From NCBI GenBank assembly GCA_964608675.1, contig CAZSOZ010000007.1:1-41964 (forward strand): 41,964 nucleotides of DNA. Reading direction: 5' to 3'. Under the pieces are notes generated by a model. The model was not told the origin of the DNA. It saw nothing but the letters and a program-made list of their open reading frames with translations, and made no database searches. This document shows, one piece after another, positions 30,210-40,400 of the stretch (within the stretch, counting starts at the first letter, position 1; every line of letters begins with the position of its first letter). Position numbers and translations under genes: made by a program. The stretch is from an uncultured archaeon. Lineage in GTDB: Archaea > Iainarchaeota > Iainarchaeia > Iainarchaeales > 1-14-0-10-31-34.

Positions 30210-31925
30210 ATGAAGGATTACGTTAATTGGAAAATTGGCGGAGAAGCAGGATATGGAATTCTTTCAGTAGGAGTAATGTTTGGAAAATTCTGCACAAGAA
30301 ACGGTCTGCATGCTTTTTATTCAAGCGAGTTTCCTTCTCTTGTAAGAGGAGGCCATAATACAGTCCAGTTAATGGTTAAAAGCAATCCTGTTTTGTCTCA
30401 GCATTTTGAAATAAATCTTTTAATTGCATTAAACGAAGAAACCGTTGAAAAACATCTTCATGAATTAAGCTCTGATGCAGGAATAATTTTTGATTCAAAA
30501 GACGTTAACATAAAAAAATTTAAAACAAAAAAATCTCATCTGCTTATTGATATTCCTTTAACTGAAATCGCAGTAAAGCACGGAAAAAAAATAATGCGGA
30601 ACACTGTTGCTTTAGGTGCTTCAATTTCTTTGCTTGGAATGCAATTTAATGAATTTGAAGGCCTTATCAAAGAAACATTTACAGGAAAAAAAGATGCTTT
30701 GGCTCCAATTAATATTGCTGCAGCAAAAGAAGGATTTAATTTCATTAAAAACAGAAGCATTAAATTTAATTACAAACTAAAAAAACAAAAACAAAAAAAT
30801 AATATTTTTATTAATGGAAATGATGCATTCTGCCTTGGAGCAGTTAAATCAGGCTTAAAGTTTGTTGCAGAATACCCTATGACTCCTTCTTCTTCTATTC
30901 TTTCTTTTATGGCTGCACACGAACTGCAGTATGATATTGTAGTAAAGCAGACTGAAGACGAAATTTCTGCAATTAACATGATTATCGGAGGAGCTTTTGC
31001 TGGTGCAAGAAGTTTAACTGCAACTTCAGGAGGAGGTTTTTCTTTAATGGTTGAAGGTCTTGGCTTGGCAGGAATGACTGAAACTCCTGTTGTAATTCTT
31101 GAATCACAACGACCAGGTCCTTCTACAGGGCTTCCTACAATGACTGAACAAGGAGACTTAACTTTTGTTTTGCATGCTTCTCAAGGCGAGTTCCCCAGAT
31201 TAATTATTGCTCCCGGCGACCCTGAAGAAGCATTCCAAACAGGATTAAATTCATTTAATTATGCAGAAAAATACCAGTTGCCGGTAATTGTTTTATTGGA
31301 CAAATATATTTCTGAAGGAAACACTACAACAAAAGTTTTTGATTACAAAAACTTTAAAATAAACCGCGGAAAACTTTTGAATAAAGCACCAAAAAATTAT
31401 TTAAGATATAAATTTACTTCTGATGGAATTTCTCCAAGAGTTCTTCCTGGAACTCATGGAACAGTTTACAAAGCAAACGGCGACGAACACAACGAAAAAG
31501 GAGTTTCTTGGGAAAGTGAAGAAAACAGAATTAAAATGATGGATAAAAGAATGAAAAAATTGAATGAATTAAAAAAAGAACTGCCTGAACCAAAATTGTA
31601 TGGAGATAAGAAAGCTGAAATAACTTTGATTGCATGGGGTTCAACTAAAGGCATAATTCTTGAAGCGCTGGAGGAATTAAAGAAACAAAAAATTAAAGCA
31701 AACTTTTTGCATTTTACTTATATTTATCCTTTCAAAGAAAAAACTTTGTTAAAGCTCTTAAAAAAATCAAAAAAAGTTTTGCTGGTTGAAAACAATAAAA
31801 CCGCTCAATTAGGAAAAATTATTGCACAGGAAACAGGCATTCAAATCAAAAACAAGTTATTGAAATACACTGGAAGACAATTTTATCCTCAGGAAATAAT
31901 TAAAGGAGTGAGGTCTTTGAAATGA
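30210..31925 (+). CDS. korA: 2-oxoacid:ferredoxin oxidoreductase alpha subunit (gamma-alpha fusion)
   Basis: GGEAGYGI, SLVRGGHN, YPMTPSS, EDEISA, TATSGGGFSLM, QRPGPSTGLPT; start moved to ATG 30210. Substrate specificity not determinable. Confidence 0.92.
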   Translation: MKDYVNWKIGGEAGYGILSVGVMFGKFCTRNGLHAFYSSEFPSLVRGGHNTVQLMVKSNPVLSQHFEINLLIALNEETVEKHLHELSSDAGIIFDSKDVNIKKFKTKKSHLLIDIPLTEIAVKHGKKIMRNTVALGASISLLGMQFNEFEGLIKETFTGKKDALAPINIAAAKEGFNFIKNRSIKFNYKLKKQKQKNNIFINGNDAFCLGAVKSGLKFVAEYPMTPSSSILSFMAAHELQYDIVVKQTEDEISAINMIIGGAFAGARSLTATSGGGFSLMVEGLGLAGMTETPVVILESQRPGPSTGLPTMTEQGDLTFVLHASQGEFPRLIIAPGDPEEAFQTGLNSFNYAEKYQLPVIVLLDKYISEGNTTTKVFDYKNFKINRGKLLNKAPKNYLRYKFTSDGISPRVLPGTHGTVYKANGDEHNEKGVSWESEENRIKMMDKRMKKLNELKKELPEPKLYGDKKAEITLIAWGSTKGIILEALEELKKQKIKANFLHFTYIYPFKEKTLLKLLKKSKKVLLVENNKTAQLGKIIAQETGIQIKNKLLKYTGRQFYPQEIIKGVRSLK

Positions 31926-32776
31926 CTAAAGTTGAAGATTTTCATACAAAAGAAAACCCTACATGGTGTCCTGGATGCGGAAACTTTTTGATTTTAACGT
32001 CATTAAAGAATGCTGCAGCTAAAATGAATTTGCATCCAAGCGAAATCGCAGTAGTTTCAGGAATAGGGTGTTCTGCAGGCCTGCCTCACTGGATTGAAAC
32101 CTATGGTTTTCATTCAATTCATGGAAGAGCTCTGCCTGTTGCAACAGGAATTCAGTTAGTTAACCATTCATTAAATGTAATTGTTGTTTCAGGAGACGGA
32201 GACGGTTATGGAATCGGCTTAAATCATTTAATTCATGCAATGAGAAGAAACCTTGACATTACTTATATTGGCCACAACAATAAAATTTATGGTTTAACTT
32301 TAGGTCAGGTTTCTCCTACTTCAAATAAAGGAACAAAAACTGTTTCTACTCCCCACGGAGCAATTGAACTCGCAGTTAATCCAATTTCTTTGGGTTTGGC
32401 TTCAGGTGCAACTTTTGTTGCCAGAGCATTTGCAGGAAACACTAAACAGTTAACTGATTTAATTATTCAGGGAAACAAACACAAAGGTTTTGCTTTAATT
32501 GATGTTTTTCAGCCGTGCGTTACATGGAATAAAATCAATACATTTGATTTCTATAAAGAAAGAGTTTATGATTTGCAGAAAGAAAACCATAATGTTTCTG
32601 ATTTTGCTTCTGCCTGTGTTAAAGCCCGTGAATGGGGTGATAGAATTCCCACTGGCTTGTTTTATAAAACAAAAAGAGAAACTTATGCTGATGACCTTCC
32701 ACAACTAAAAGAAAAACCTTTAGTTAAGCATTCAATTCAAAACAACATTAAGCCTTTATTTGACGCCTACAAATAA
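31922..32776 (+). CDS. korB: 2-oxoacid:ferredoxin oxidoreductase beta subunit
   Basis: WCPGCG, SGIGCS, HGRALP, GDGD TPP motif, QPCVTWN; ATGA overlap with the alpha gene. Confidence 0.93.
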   Translation: MTKVEDFHTKENPTWCPGCGNFLILTSLKNAAAKMNLHPSEIAVVSGIGCSAGLPHWIETYGFHSIHGRALPVATGIQLVNHSLNVIVVSGDGDGYGIGLNHLIHAMRRNLDITYIGHNNKIYGLTLGQVSPTSNKGTKTVSTPHGAIELAVNPISLGLASGATFVARAFAGNTKQLTDLIIQGNKHKGFALIDVFQPCVTWNKINTFDFYKERVYDLQKENHNVSDFASACVKAREWGDRIPTGLFYKTKRETYADDLPQLKEKPLVKHSIQNNIKPLFDAYK

Positions 32777-32807
32777 TTTTTATTTTTTTTTTAGTTTACT
32801 TTTTAAT

Positions 32808-33380
32808 TTAAATTACTTTAATTAATTCAAACACATATAAAATGATTCCAACTAATACTCCTGCTCCAATCATTTCTATTCCTCTTTGAATGCTTTTTTC
32901 TTTTGCAATTTTTCCTACAAAATAACCTAAACCAAATAATGAAATTACAATTAATGCAATTGAAGAAAAATATGCAGTCATTTTGTTAATTAAATTGAAT
33001 TGAGCAAGAAAAAAAGGAATAATTAAAATGAATGAAACAACACTGGAGCTTAATCCGTTTGCTAACCCCATCATTAAACTCATTTCCTTGTATTTTGATT
33101 CAATTTGAGTTTGATTTAGGTTTCTTAATAAATGTTTTTCCAGTGATTTCAGGTTTCTTTTTCTTTCTGCTTTTTCTGCTGAATAACCTCCCCAGATTCC
33201 TGATACTCCTGTTGCAATTATTACTCCTATTGCTGAAATAATTACAAGCCCTGGATCCAACGCTCCAGCAACAAGCATTGCAATAACTATTCCTAAAATA
33301 GTGAGAACTCCGTCAAAAGAATTCATTATAAGGTATCTTCGGATTATTTCGTTTTTTTTAATTAATTCAAGGAAAAGCAT
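32808..33380 (-). CDS. VIT1/CCC1-like membrane protein
   Basis: RRYLIMNSFDGVLT, SGIWGGYSAEKAE motifs; about 5 TM helices; paired with DUF211. Confidence 0.82.
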   Translation of the reverse strand: MLFLELIKKNEIIRRYLIMNSFDGVLTILGIVIAMLVAGALDPGLVIISAIGVIIATGVSGIWGGYSAEKAERKRNLKSLEKHLLRNLNQTQIESKYKEMSLMMGLANGLSSSVVSFILIIPFFLAQFNLINKMTAYFSSIALIVISLFGLGYFVGKIAKEKSIQRGIEMIGAGVLVGIILYVFELIKVI

Positions 33381-33397
33381 TCAATAAACCTTTTTTT

Positions 33398-33721
33398 TTA
33401 TTTGGTTACTTCTTTTGTGCTTACTTGCGGGACATCAATTACTTTTCTTCTTCCTACAATCACTTTATCTATTGAATGAATTACTGCTCCATATTCATCA
33501 ACTATTTTGTGGACTTCTTCAAAATCAATGTTTTCTCCTTCTAAAGTAGCTTTAATTGATTCAGTTTTTTCGTCTATTGCATACACTGCAATGTTTGCGT
33601 TTTGAACTGATTTTATTTCGCATAAAACCTGTGCAAATTCAACTATGTCTGGTTTATGGGGTTTAAGAATATCAATTTCAATTACTTTTACTTTTTGTTT
33701 TTTTCCGATTTTTTCTGCCAT
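33398..33721 (-). CDS. DUF211 family protein
   Basis: IDILKPHKP, IDEKTE, GAVIHSIDKVIVG motifs. Confidence 0.85.
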   Translation of the reverse strand: MAEKIGKKQKVKVIEIDILKPHKPDIVEFAQVLCEIKSVQNANIAVYAIDEKTESIKATLEGENIDFEEVHKIVDEYGAVIHSIDKVIVGRRKVIDVPQVSTKEVTK

Positions 33722-33775
33722 ACTTAGATAAAGGTGTTCCTATTAAAAAAACTTTTCTTTTTTGATTTTAATTTA

Positions 33776-34840
33776 ATGAAAGAACTAAAAATTGATTTAA
33801 TTCATCTGCCTTCTTATGGAACCGGACAAACAGTTTACTCTGAAATTCTTGTGCAAAAACTAAAAGAATCAAACGAATTGGATTTAAATGAAATAACTCC
33901 AAACAAAAGCTTTTTATTTAATTTTTTTAACTGCTTTGACCACAATCTTGCAATGAAATTTCTTCCGTTTATTTTATTAAATAAAATCAGAAAAAATGCA
34001 GTTGTTCACATTACAAACCAAGAATTATTTTTTTTGATTCCAAAAATTTTAAATCCTTTAATTTTAACTTTGCATGACTTCAGCCATTTTACTTACTACA
34101 AAAACTGGAGTCAAAAAAACGTTTTTCTTTTAAACAAAACACAAAAAATTTTATGTGACTCTAATTCAACTAAAAAAGAACTGCTTTTTCATTTTCCTTT
34201 TTTTAAACAAAAAGCAGTTGTAATTTATCCTGGAAAAAAAGACTTCAAGAAATCAAATCAGAATATCAAAAAAAAGTATTCAATTCCGGAAAATTCAAGA
34301 ATTATTTTGTTTGCTGGAAGCGATGACTCCAAAAAAAATTTTTTCACTTTATTGAAAGCTTTTTCAAAACTAAAACAACAGAATTTACTGCTGGTAAAAA
34401 TCGGCTCAAAATACACTTTTTCAAGAGAAAATAAAAGAACTGAATTTCATGAATTCATTAAAAAAAATTCTTTGCAAAAAAAAGTTTTGTTTTTGAATTT
34501 CATTCCTGAACAGGATTTAATTGATTTTTATTTTGCTTCAGAGTTATTTGTTCAGCCTTCTTTTCATGAAGGCTTTGGTTTTACTTTGCTGGAAGCCATG
34601 TCTTGTTCCTGTCCTGTTTTATGTTCTGACATTGCTGTTTTTCATGAAATTGCAGGAAATTCTGCTTTATTTTTTAATCCAAACCAATGCAAAGATTTAG
34701 AAAAAAAAATTGAATTAATTTTGTTTAATTCAAAACTAAAAAAAGACTTGATTTTCAAAGGCTTTGAAAACATTAATCGATTTAATTGGAATAAAACTGC
34801 AGAACAAATAATTAAAGTTTATACTGCAGTAATTAAATAA
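33776..34840 (+). CDS. Glycosyltransferase family 4 (MtfB-like)
   Basis: LTLHD, SNSTKKEL, KKNFFTLLKAF, PSFHEGFGFTLLEAMSCSCPV, FHEIAG; start moved to ATG 33776. Confidence 0.92.
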   Translation: MKELKIDLIHLPSYGTGQTVYSEILVQKLKESNELDLNEITPNKSFLFNFFNCFDHNLAMKFLPFILLNKIRKNAVVHITNQELFFLIPKILNPLILTLHDFSHFTYYKNWSQKNVFLLNKTQKILCDSNSTKKELLFHFPFFKQKAVVIYPGKKDFKKSNQNIKKKYSIPENSRIILFAGSDDSKKNFFTLLKAFSKLKQQNLLLVKIGSKYTFSRENKRTEFHEFIKKNSLQKKVLFLNFIPEQDLIDFYFASELFVQPSFHEGFGFTLLEAMSCSCPVLCSDIAVFHEIAGNSALFFNPNQCKDLEKKIELILFNSKLKKDLIFKGFENINRFNWNKTAEQIIKVYTAVIK

Positions 34841-34851
34841 GGTTTTTTTTT

Positions 34852-35532
34852 ATGAAAAAAATAAAGAGTTTTTTTTATGGGATTTTATGCAGATTTGGTT
34901 ATAAACAACCTCTGCCAGAATTTATTGCACAACACATTGAATTTATGGAATTATTTAATGAAATTAAATTTCGTGCTTTGCTTGGAATCGAAAGAGCTTT
35001 TTTTCTTTTTCAGTTTGCAGGCCACGCATCTAATTTTTTGCAGGGAGAAATCGCTGAAGTAGGAGTTTACAAAGGAGGCGGAGCAAAAATTATTGCTGAA
35101 GCCGTAAAAAATCCAAATAAAACCATTCATTTGTTTGATACTTTTTCCGGTCACCCGAAAACAAATAAAAAAGAAGACTCTGAATACCAGAAAAAAGGGC
35201 TTTACAAGGATACAAGTCTTGAAGAAGTAAAAAATTTTTTAAGTGAATTCAATAAAATTAAATTTTATAAAGGAGTTTTTCCTGAAACCACCAAGCCTGT
35301 TTTACAAAAAAAATTTTGTTTTGTTCATATTGATACTGATTTGTATGAAAGCACTAAAGCTTCAATTGAATTTTTTTATTTTCGAATGGTTTCAGGAGGA
35401 ATAATTATTGTGGATGATTACGGCAACCCTGACGCCAAAGGAGTAAAAAAATCAGTGGACGAATTCTTCAGAGATAAAAAAGAATTTCCTATTCTTTGCA
35501 CTCAGCACCAATGCATTATAATCAAATTATAA
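34852..35532 (+). CDS. TylF/MycF family (macrocin-type) O-methyltransferase
   Basis: GEIAEVGVYKGG, LFDTFSG, KGVFPET, FVHIDTDLYES, GGIIIVDDY motifs. Confidence 0.9.
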   Translation: MKKIKSFFYGILCRFGYKQPLPEFIAQHIEFMELFNEIKFRALLGIERAFFLFQFAGHASNFLQGEIAEVGVYKGGGAKIIAEAVKNPNKTIHLFDTFSGHPKTNKKEDSEYQKKGLYKDTSLEEVKNFLSEFNKIKFYKGVFPETTKPVLQKKFCFVHIDTDLYESTKASIEFFYFRMVSGGIIIVDDYGNPDAKGVKKSVDEFFRDKKEFPILCTQHQCIIIKL

Positions 35533-35541
35533 AAAAACTGA

Positions 35542-36525
35542 TTATTTCTTTTTTTCCATTACTTCTTTGACTGCTTTTATGATATCTTTATCTGTGCACC
35601 CAAACTTTTCCAGAAGTTCTTCGGGTTCCCCTGATTCTCCGAACCTGTCTTTTATTCCAACGAACTTAATTGGAACAGGAAATTCTTCGCTTAAAAGTTC
35701 TGCTACTGCAGACCCCATTCCTCCATGCACTTGGTGTTCTTCTGCTGTAACAATTGCTTTAGTTTTTTTGGCTGCTTCAATTATTGTTTTTTTATCCAAT
35801 GGCTTGATTGTATGATTGTTGATTACCATTGCATTAATTCCTTGTTTTTCTAATTCTTCTGCTGCATGCAGTGCATAATACACTTGCATTCCGCAGGCAA
35901 TAATGCAGACATCTTTTCCTTCTTTGAATACTTCTGCTTTTCCTATTTCAAATGGAGTTCTTTCTGTTGTAATAATTGGAACTTTTTCTCTTCCAAACCT
36001 TAAATAAACTGGCCCTTTAATTAATCCTGCTTGAACAGTTGCTTTTTCTCCTTCAACTGCATCGCATGGCGCTAAAACAATTAAATTTGGAATGCATCTT
36101 GTTATTGCAATATCTTCTAATGCTTGATGGGTTGCTCCGTCAGGTCCAACAGAAATTCCTGCATGAGCTCCTTCAACTTTAACGTTTGTTTCAGCATAAC
36201 AAACGCTTACTCTTAATTGATCCCAGTTTCTGCCTGGATTAAAAACTGCATAAGAACTTACAAAAGGAATTTTTCCTTCTTTTGCCATTCCTGCTGCAAT
36301 ACTCATCATGTTTTGTTCTGCTACTCCTACTTCAATAAATCTTTCAGGAAACCTTTTTTGAAACCAGCCCATTCTGGTTGAATCACTTAAATCACAGCAT
36401 AAAGCAACAACATTCTCGTTTTTTTCTCCTAATTCAACTAAACCGTGTCCGTAGCCGTCTCTTGAAGGAACCCATTTTGCTTCTTTAAAGTTTTCTATTA
36501 AATGCATTTCAGGATTAACTGTCAT
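35542..36525 (-). CDS. Transketolase, C-terminal subunit
   Basis: RDGYG, GVAEQNM, GPDGATHQALED, GPVYLRFGR, TIKPLD, EEHQVHGGMGSAV motifs. Confidence 0.95.
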   Translation of the reverse strand: MTVNPEMHLIENFKEAKWVPSRDGYGHGLVELGEKNENVVALCCDLSDSTRMGWFQKRFPERFIEVGVAEQNMMSIAAGMAKEGKIPFVSSYAVFNPGRNWDQLRVSVCYAETNVKVEGAHAGISVGPDGATHQALEDIAITRCIPNLIVLAPCDAVEGEKATVQAGLIKGPVYLRFGREKVPIITTERTPFEIGKAEVFKEGKDVCIIACGMQVYYALHAAEELEKQGINAMVINNHTIKPLDKKTIIEAAKKTKAIVTAEEHQVHGGMGSAVAELLSEEFPVPIKFVGIKDRFGESGEPEELLEKFGCTDKDIIKAVKEVMEKKK

Positions 36526-36527
36526 TT

Positions 36528-37382
36528 TTAATCTTCTCCTTGTTTGATTTTTTCTTCTAATTCATTTAATTCTTTTAATGCTTTTTCTTTTTCTTCTTTA
36601 TTTGGAGGTTTTCCGTGCCATTCATGTTTTCTTTCCATAAAAGAAACTCCTTTTCCAGGCACAGTGTTTGCAATAATCACAATAGGTTTTCCTGTCAAAG
36701 TTTTTGCTTTTTCAAATCCATCTAATAATTCTTGAACATTGTTTCCGTTTAATTCAATTACATGAAAATTGAATGACTCAAATTTTTTGTTTAATGGATT
36801 CAAAGGCATTACATTTTCAGTGTTTCCGTCAATTTGAATAAAATTTCTGTCAATTACTACAATTAAGTTGTCTAATTTGTTTTTTCCGGCAAACATGAAT
36901 GCTTCCCATGGCTGTCCTTCGTTTATTTCTCCATCTCCCATTAAACAAATTACTTTCCAGTTTTTTTTATCCATTTTTCCGGTTAATGCAATTCCTGCCG
37001 AAATTGAGATTCCCTGCCCTAAAGGCCCTGAAGTTGTTTCTAATCCAGGTAAATCCAAGTGATTTGGATGGCCCTGCAGTCTTGTGCCTAATTTCCTTAA
37101 AGTTTTTAGTTCTTCTTTTGGAAAATATCCTGTTTCAGCCATTGCAGCATATCTTACTGGAACAACATGTCCATGAGATAAAATTAGTCTGTCTCTTTCT
37201 TTCCATTCAGGGTCTTTTGGATTATGTTTTAATACATTAAAATATAATACTGCAAAGATGTCTGCCATTCCTAAAGGTCCAGCAGAATGCCCTGATTTTG
37301 CTTCTTCAAGCATTTCAATTATGTCTTTTCTGATTGTGTTTGCTTTTAATTTTAATTCTTTTATTTCAGTTATTTTTTCCAT
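36528..37382 (-). CDS. Transketolase, N-terminal TPP-binding subunit
   Basis: SGHSAG, RDRLILSHGH, LQGHP, GPLGQG, GDGEINEGQPWEA, GKGVSFME, WHGK motifs. Confidence 0.95.
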   Translation of the reverse strand: MEKITEIKELKLKANTIRKDIIEMLEEAKSGHSAGPLGMADIFAVLYFNVLKHNPKDPEWKERDRLILSHGHVVPVRYAAMAETGYFPKEELKTLRKLGTRLQGHPNHLDLPGLETTSGPLGQGISISAGIALTGKMDKKNWKVICLMGDGEINEGQPWEAFMFAGKNKLDNLIVVIDRNFIQIDGNTENVMPLNPLNKKFESFNFHVIELNGNNVQELLDGFEKAKTLTGKPIVIIANTVPGKGVSFMERKHEWHGKPPNKEEKEKALKELNELEEKIKQGED

Positions 37383-37475
37383 TTTTTTTTCACTTAAAAA
37401 ATTAGGTATTGGGTTTCAGCTACAAAAACTGAAATGCCAGAAAATGTTTTTAAATCTATCCAAAATTCATAAAAA

Positions 37476-40400
37476 TTATGAATTTTGCATTGCCTTGTTT
37501 AAGTATTCTTCTGCGTCTTGTTTTGTCCATCCTGTTGTGTTTGTTTCTTTGTATTCTTCTGGCATTTCGCATGGTGCTGGTCCTTCATTAAAAATGTAGT
37601 TTATTAAGTATACGAGGTCTGCAATATTTACTTTTTGGTTTTGGTTTGGGTCTGCACAAACTGTTATTGGATTGCATTTTGGTGCTGGTCCTTCATTAAA
37701 AATGTAATTAATTAAATAGCTGACATCTATTATGTTTACTTTTTTGTCATTGTTTGGGTCACCACATAAAAATGGTTTTGTGTAAGCTCCAGTGTGTTGT
37801 GGATTGTTTCTGTACATTTGCCAGTCACTTGAAAATTCAGTGTAGTTAGCATCAAATTCCCAAACATAAATATATTCATCTGTTGCTAATACAATGTCTA
37901 TTTTTCTATCATTATCAATATCATCAAAAATTGGAGTAATATACATAGTATAATCCCAGGGGTACCAGTCTTGTATTTTGTAAGAATCAATAATTTTTGG
38001 CCAGTTTATTATATAAGAACCATTTTTATGAATTCCATAAAATTTTTTGTCTTTTAGCCCGTAAATGTTTACATTAAATATTTCTTTTTGGTTGTCGTTG
38101 TCTATGTCGCCTGTTACTGGTTCATTATAATAAAAGCTTGCAGGCAAGTGGTATTCTTCAATTATTTTTCCCATATAATCAAAGATGTAATTGTTATAGG
38201 TTGAAACAAACACTTCCAAAAACCCGTCATTGTCTAAATCAAATGGAATTAATGAAAAAATATATGCGCTTGAGTTAATTATTGCTGGCCAGCCATTAAT
38301 TTCATTTCCTGCGGAATTTATTGCATGTATTTTTGTTGTCCATTTTTGATAATTGGCATCACTCTGGTTTTTATCAGCATACAATATTTCCATAGTGTTA
38401 TCTTTATCTAGGTCAGCTAAAGCAAATGTTCCATTATTCTCTTCTTCTTTTATAATTGGCCATCCATTTAATTCATTTCCATCAGAATTAAATAAATGAA
38501 GTTCTCTTCTATCTAATGAATAATTGTTTCCATAAAGGAATATTTCTTTGTGTCCATCTCCAGTTATATCTCCTACTGCAGGAGGAGACTGAAAGCCTAT
38601 TGCAGGAATCGTTGCAATCCATTTCAAGCTTCCATCATGATTAAAAACATAAATTTTGTCTTTGGTTCCGCAACTATTGTTTCCGCATAGAGGAAAAGCT
38701 AAAATAATTATTTCTTTTAGTCCATCATTGTCTAAATCTGTAATTATTGGAACAGATTCTGGATTGAAATGATAATTTGCTATCCAATTTTGCCATAAAA
38801 CAGTTCCTTCAGAAGAAACACATGCTAATTCATTATATGAATTAAAAATTATTTCTTTTGTCTCGTCATTGTCTAAGTCGTCAACAGAAGGAACAGTTTT
38901 TATCCTAAGCGAAAATTTGTTTAATTCAGATTCTTCTTTGTTTGATAAAGGCCATCCTTCAATGTCTTCTCCATAAATATTTAATGCATGAGTTAGCAAG
39001 CTCCAATTTTCTTTTTCAATTTCCTGAAAAATTATTTCTTTTTTTTCATCTCCGGTTATGTCTGCTACCAAAACAGGATGTACATTAATCATTCCAAACT
39101 CCATTTTTTTTGGCCACCCTTGTTTGTAATCAGGATCCACAATTATTGTTTCTTTTTCTTCATTAACTAAACCATCTTTGTGAAAAACTTTTAATTTTAA
39201 AGTATAAGTGTAATTATAGTCATTCATTCCAGAAGTGTCAAGCGTTCCTAACAAAGAATCAATTACAGGGCTTTGCCCATTATTTTCTAGATTTATTCCT
39301 GTAGTAAACCATTCATTTGGTTCTTCTCCTATTCCCCATTCAATAATGTAATTGGAAAAATGGCTTCCTATAGCAGAACCATTTATTTGAACTGTTTCCT
39401 CTAGCTTAAAAAATCTTTTAGATAAATTAATATCAGCGTTATCTAAAAATAAAACTGTTTTGTAGTTTGTTTGCAATATATTCCCATCATCAACTGTTAG
39501 TTTTAATACATATAATCCATCTTTATTTCTTGTTGAATCAATTTGACCTAAAACACTGTCATCAATTTCAATTAATCCTTCATCATTAAGTTCAATTCCT
39601 TCTGTTTTCCATTCAATTGGATTAAGGCCTCCTCCAATTGAAATTACATAATTATCAAAGGTTGAAAAGGGAAGTTCGCCTTTTTTTGCTGTCCCATTAA
39701 TTGAATTAGTTTCTCTTAATGTTCCGTAATCTTCAAGATTCATATGAGAAACTGGAAGTTCGTTTGGTTTATTTGGCTTTAATGTTGGGTCGCCAAGTAA
39801 TTCCATTCCATAATGCCATGTCATGTTGTTTATTCCTATTTCATTGAACCAGAACTTAAATGCTTCCCCTAATGTTTGTCTTTCTCCTAATGGGCCATAA
39901 AAATAGTTGAAATCAAGCATGCTCCCTGATTTAGTTGAGCTAATTACTCCAACACCATAAGTGTCTGCAAACAAATATCTTCCTGCTAGATAATTCTGTT
40001 CAGTAAACTTTGCTGCAGAACACGCAAATAAATTATAGAATAATGCATGCGGATCTATATTTTGAATATCTTCTGAGGAAACATCCCTATTTGACTCGCT
40101 TTCAAAAATATGGCCTCTTGGCCAAGAATGAACAAAAACTGAAATCCAGTCATAATTCCATAATAATCTTGTTTTGTAATCCAACTCATTTGTTCCATTT
40201 TTGTCTTTTACTTTTGTTGTGTATTTATATAATTCTTGCATATCTTGGTTCCATTCTTCTGCCCAATACTGCCAGTCATTATCAACATAAACTAAACTTC
40301 TGTTTGGAAGTTTCAAGTTTTGTGTTCTGTATAAATGGTTTTTGTAAAAATAATTTTTGTATAAATCAATTATGTTTCCTTCTAATGTTGTTGCATCAAT

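Noticed and set aside
37572-37706. 27-bp direct repeat as a CRISPR remnant or att site
   Set aside because: Only two copies, in frame, encoding the dockerin halves; no cas or integrase genes nearby.
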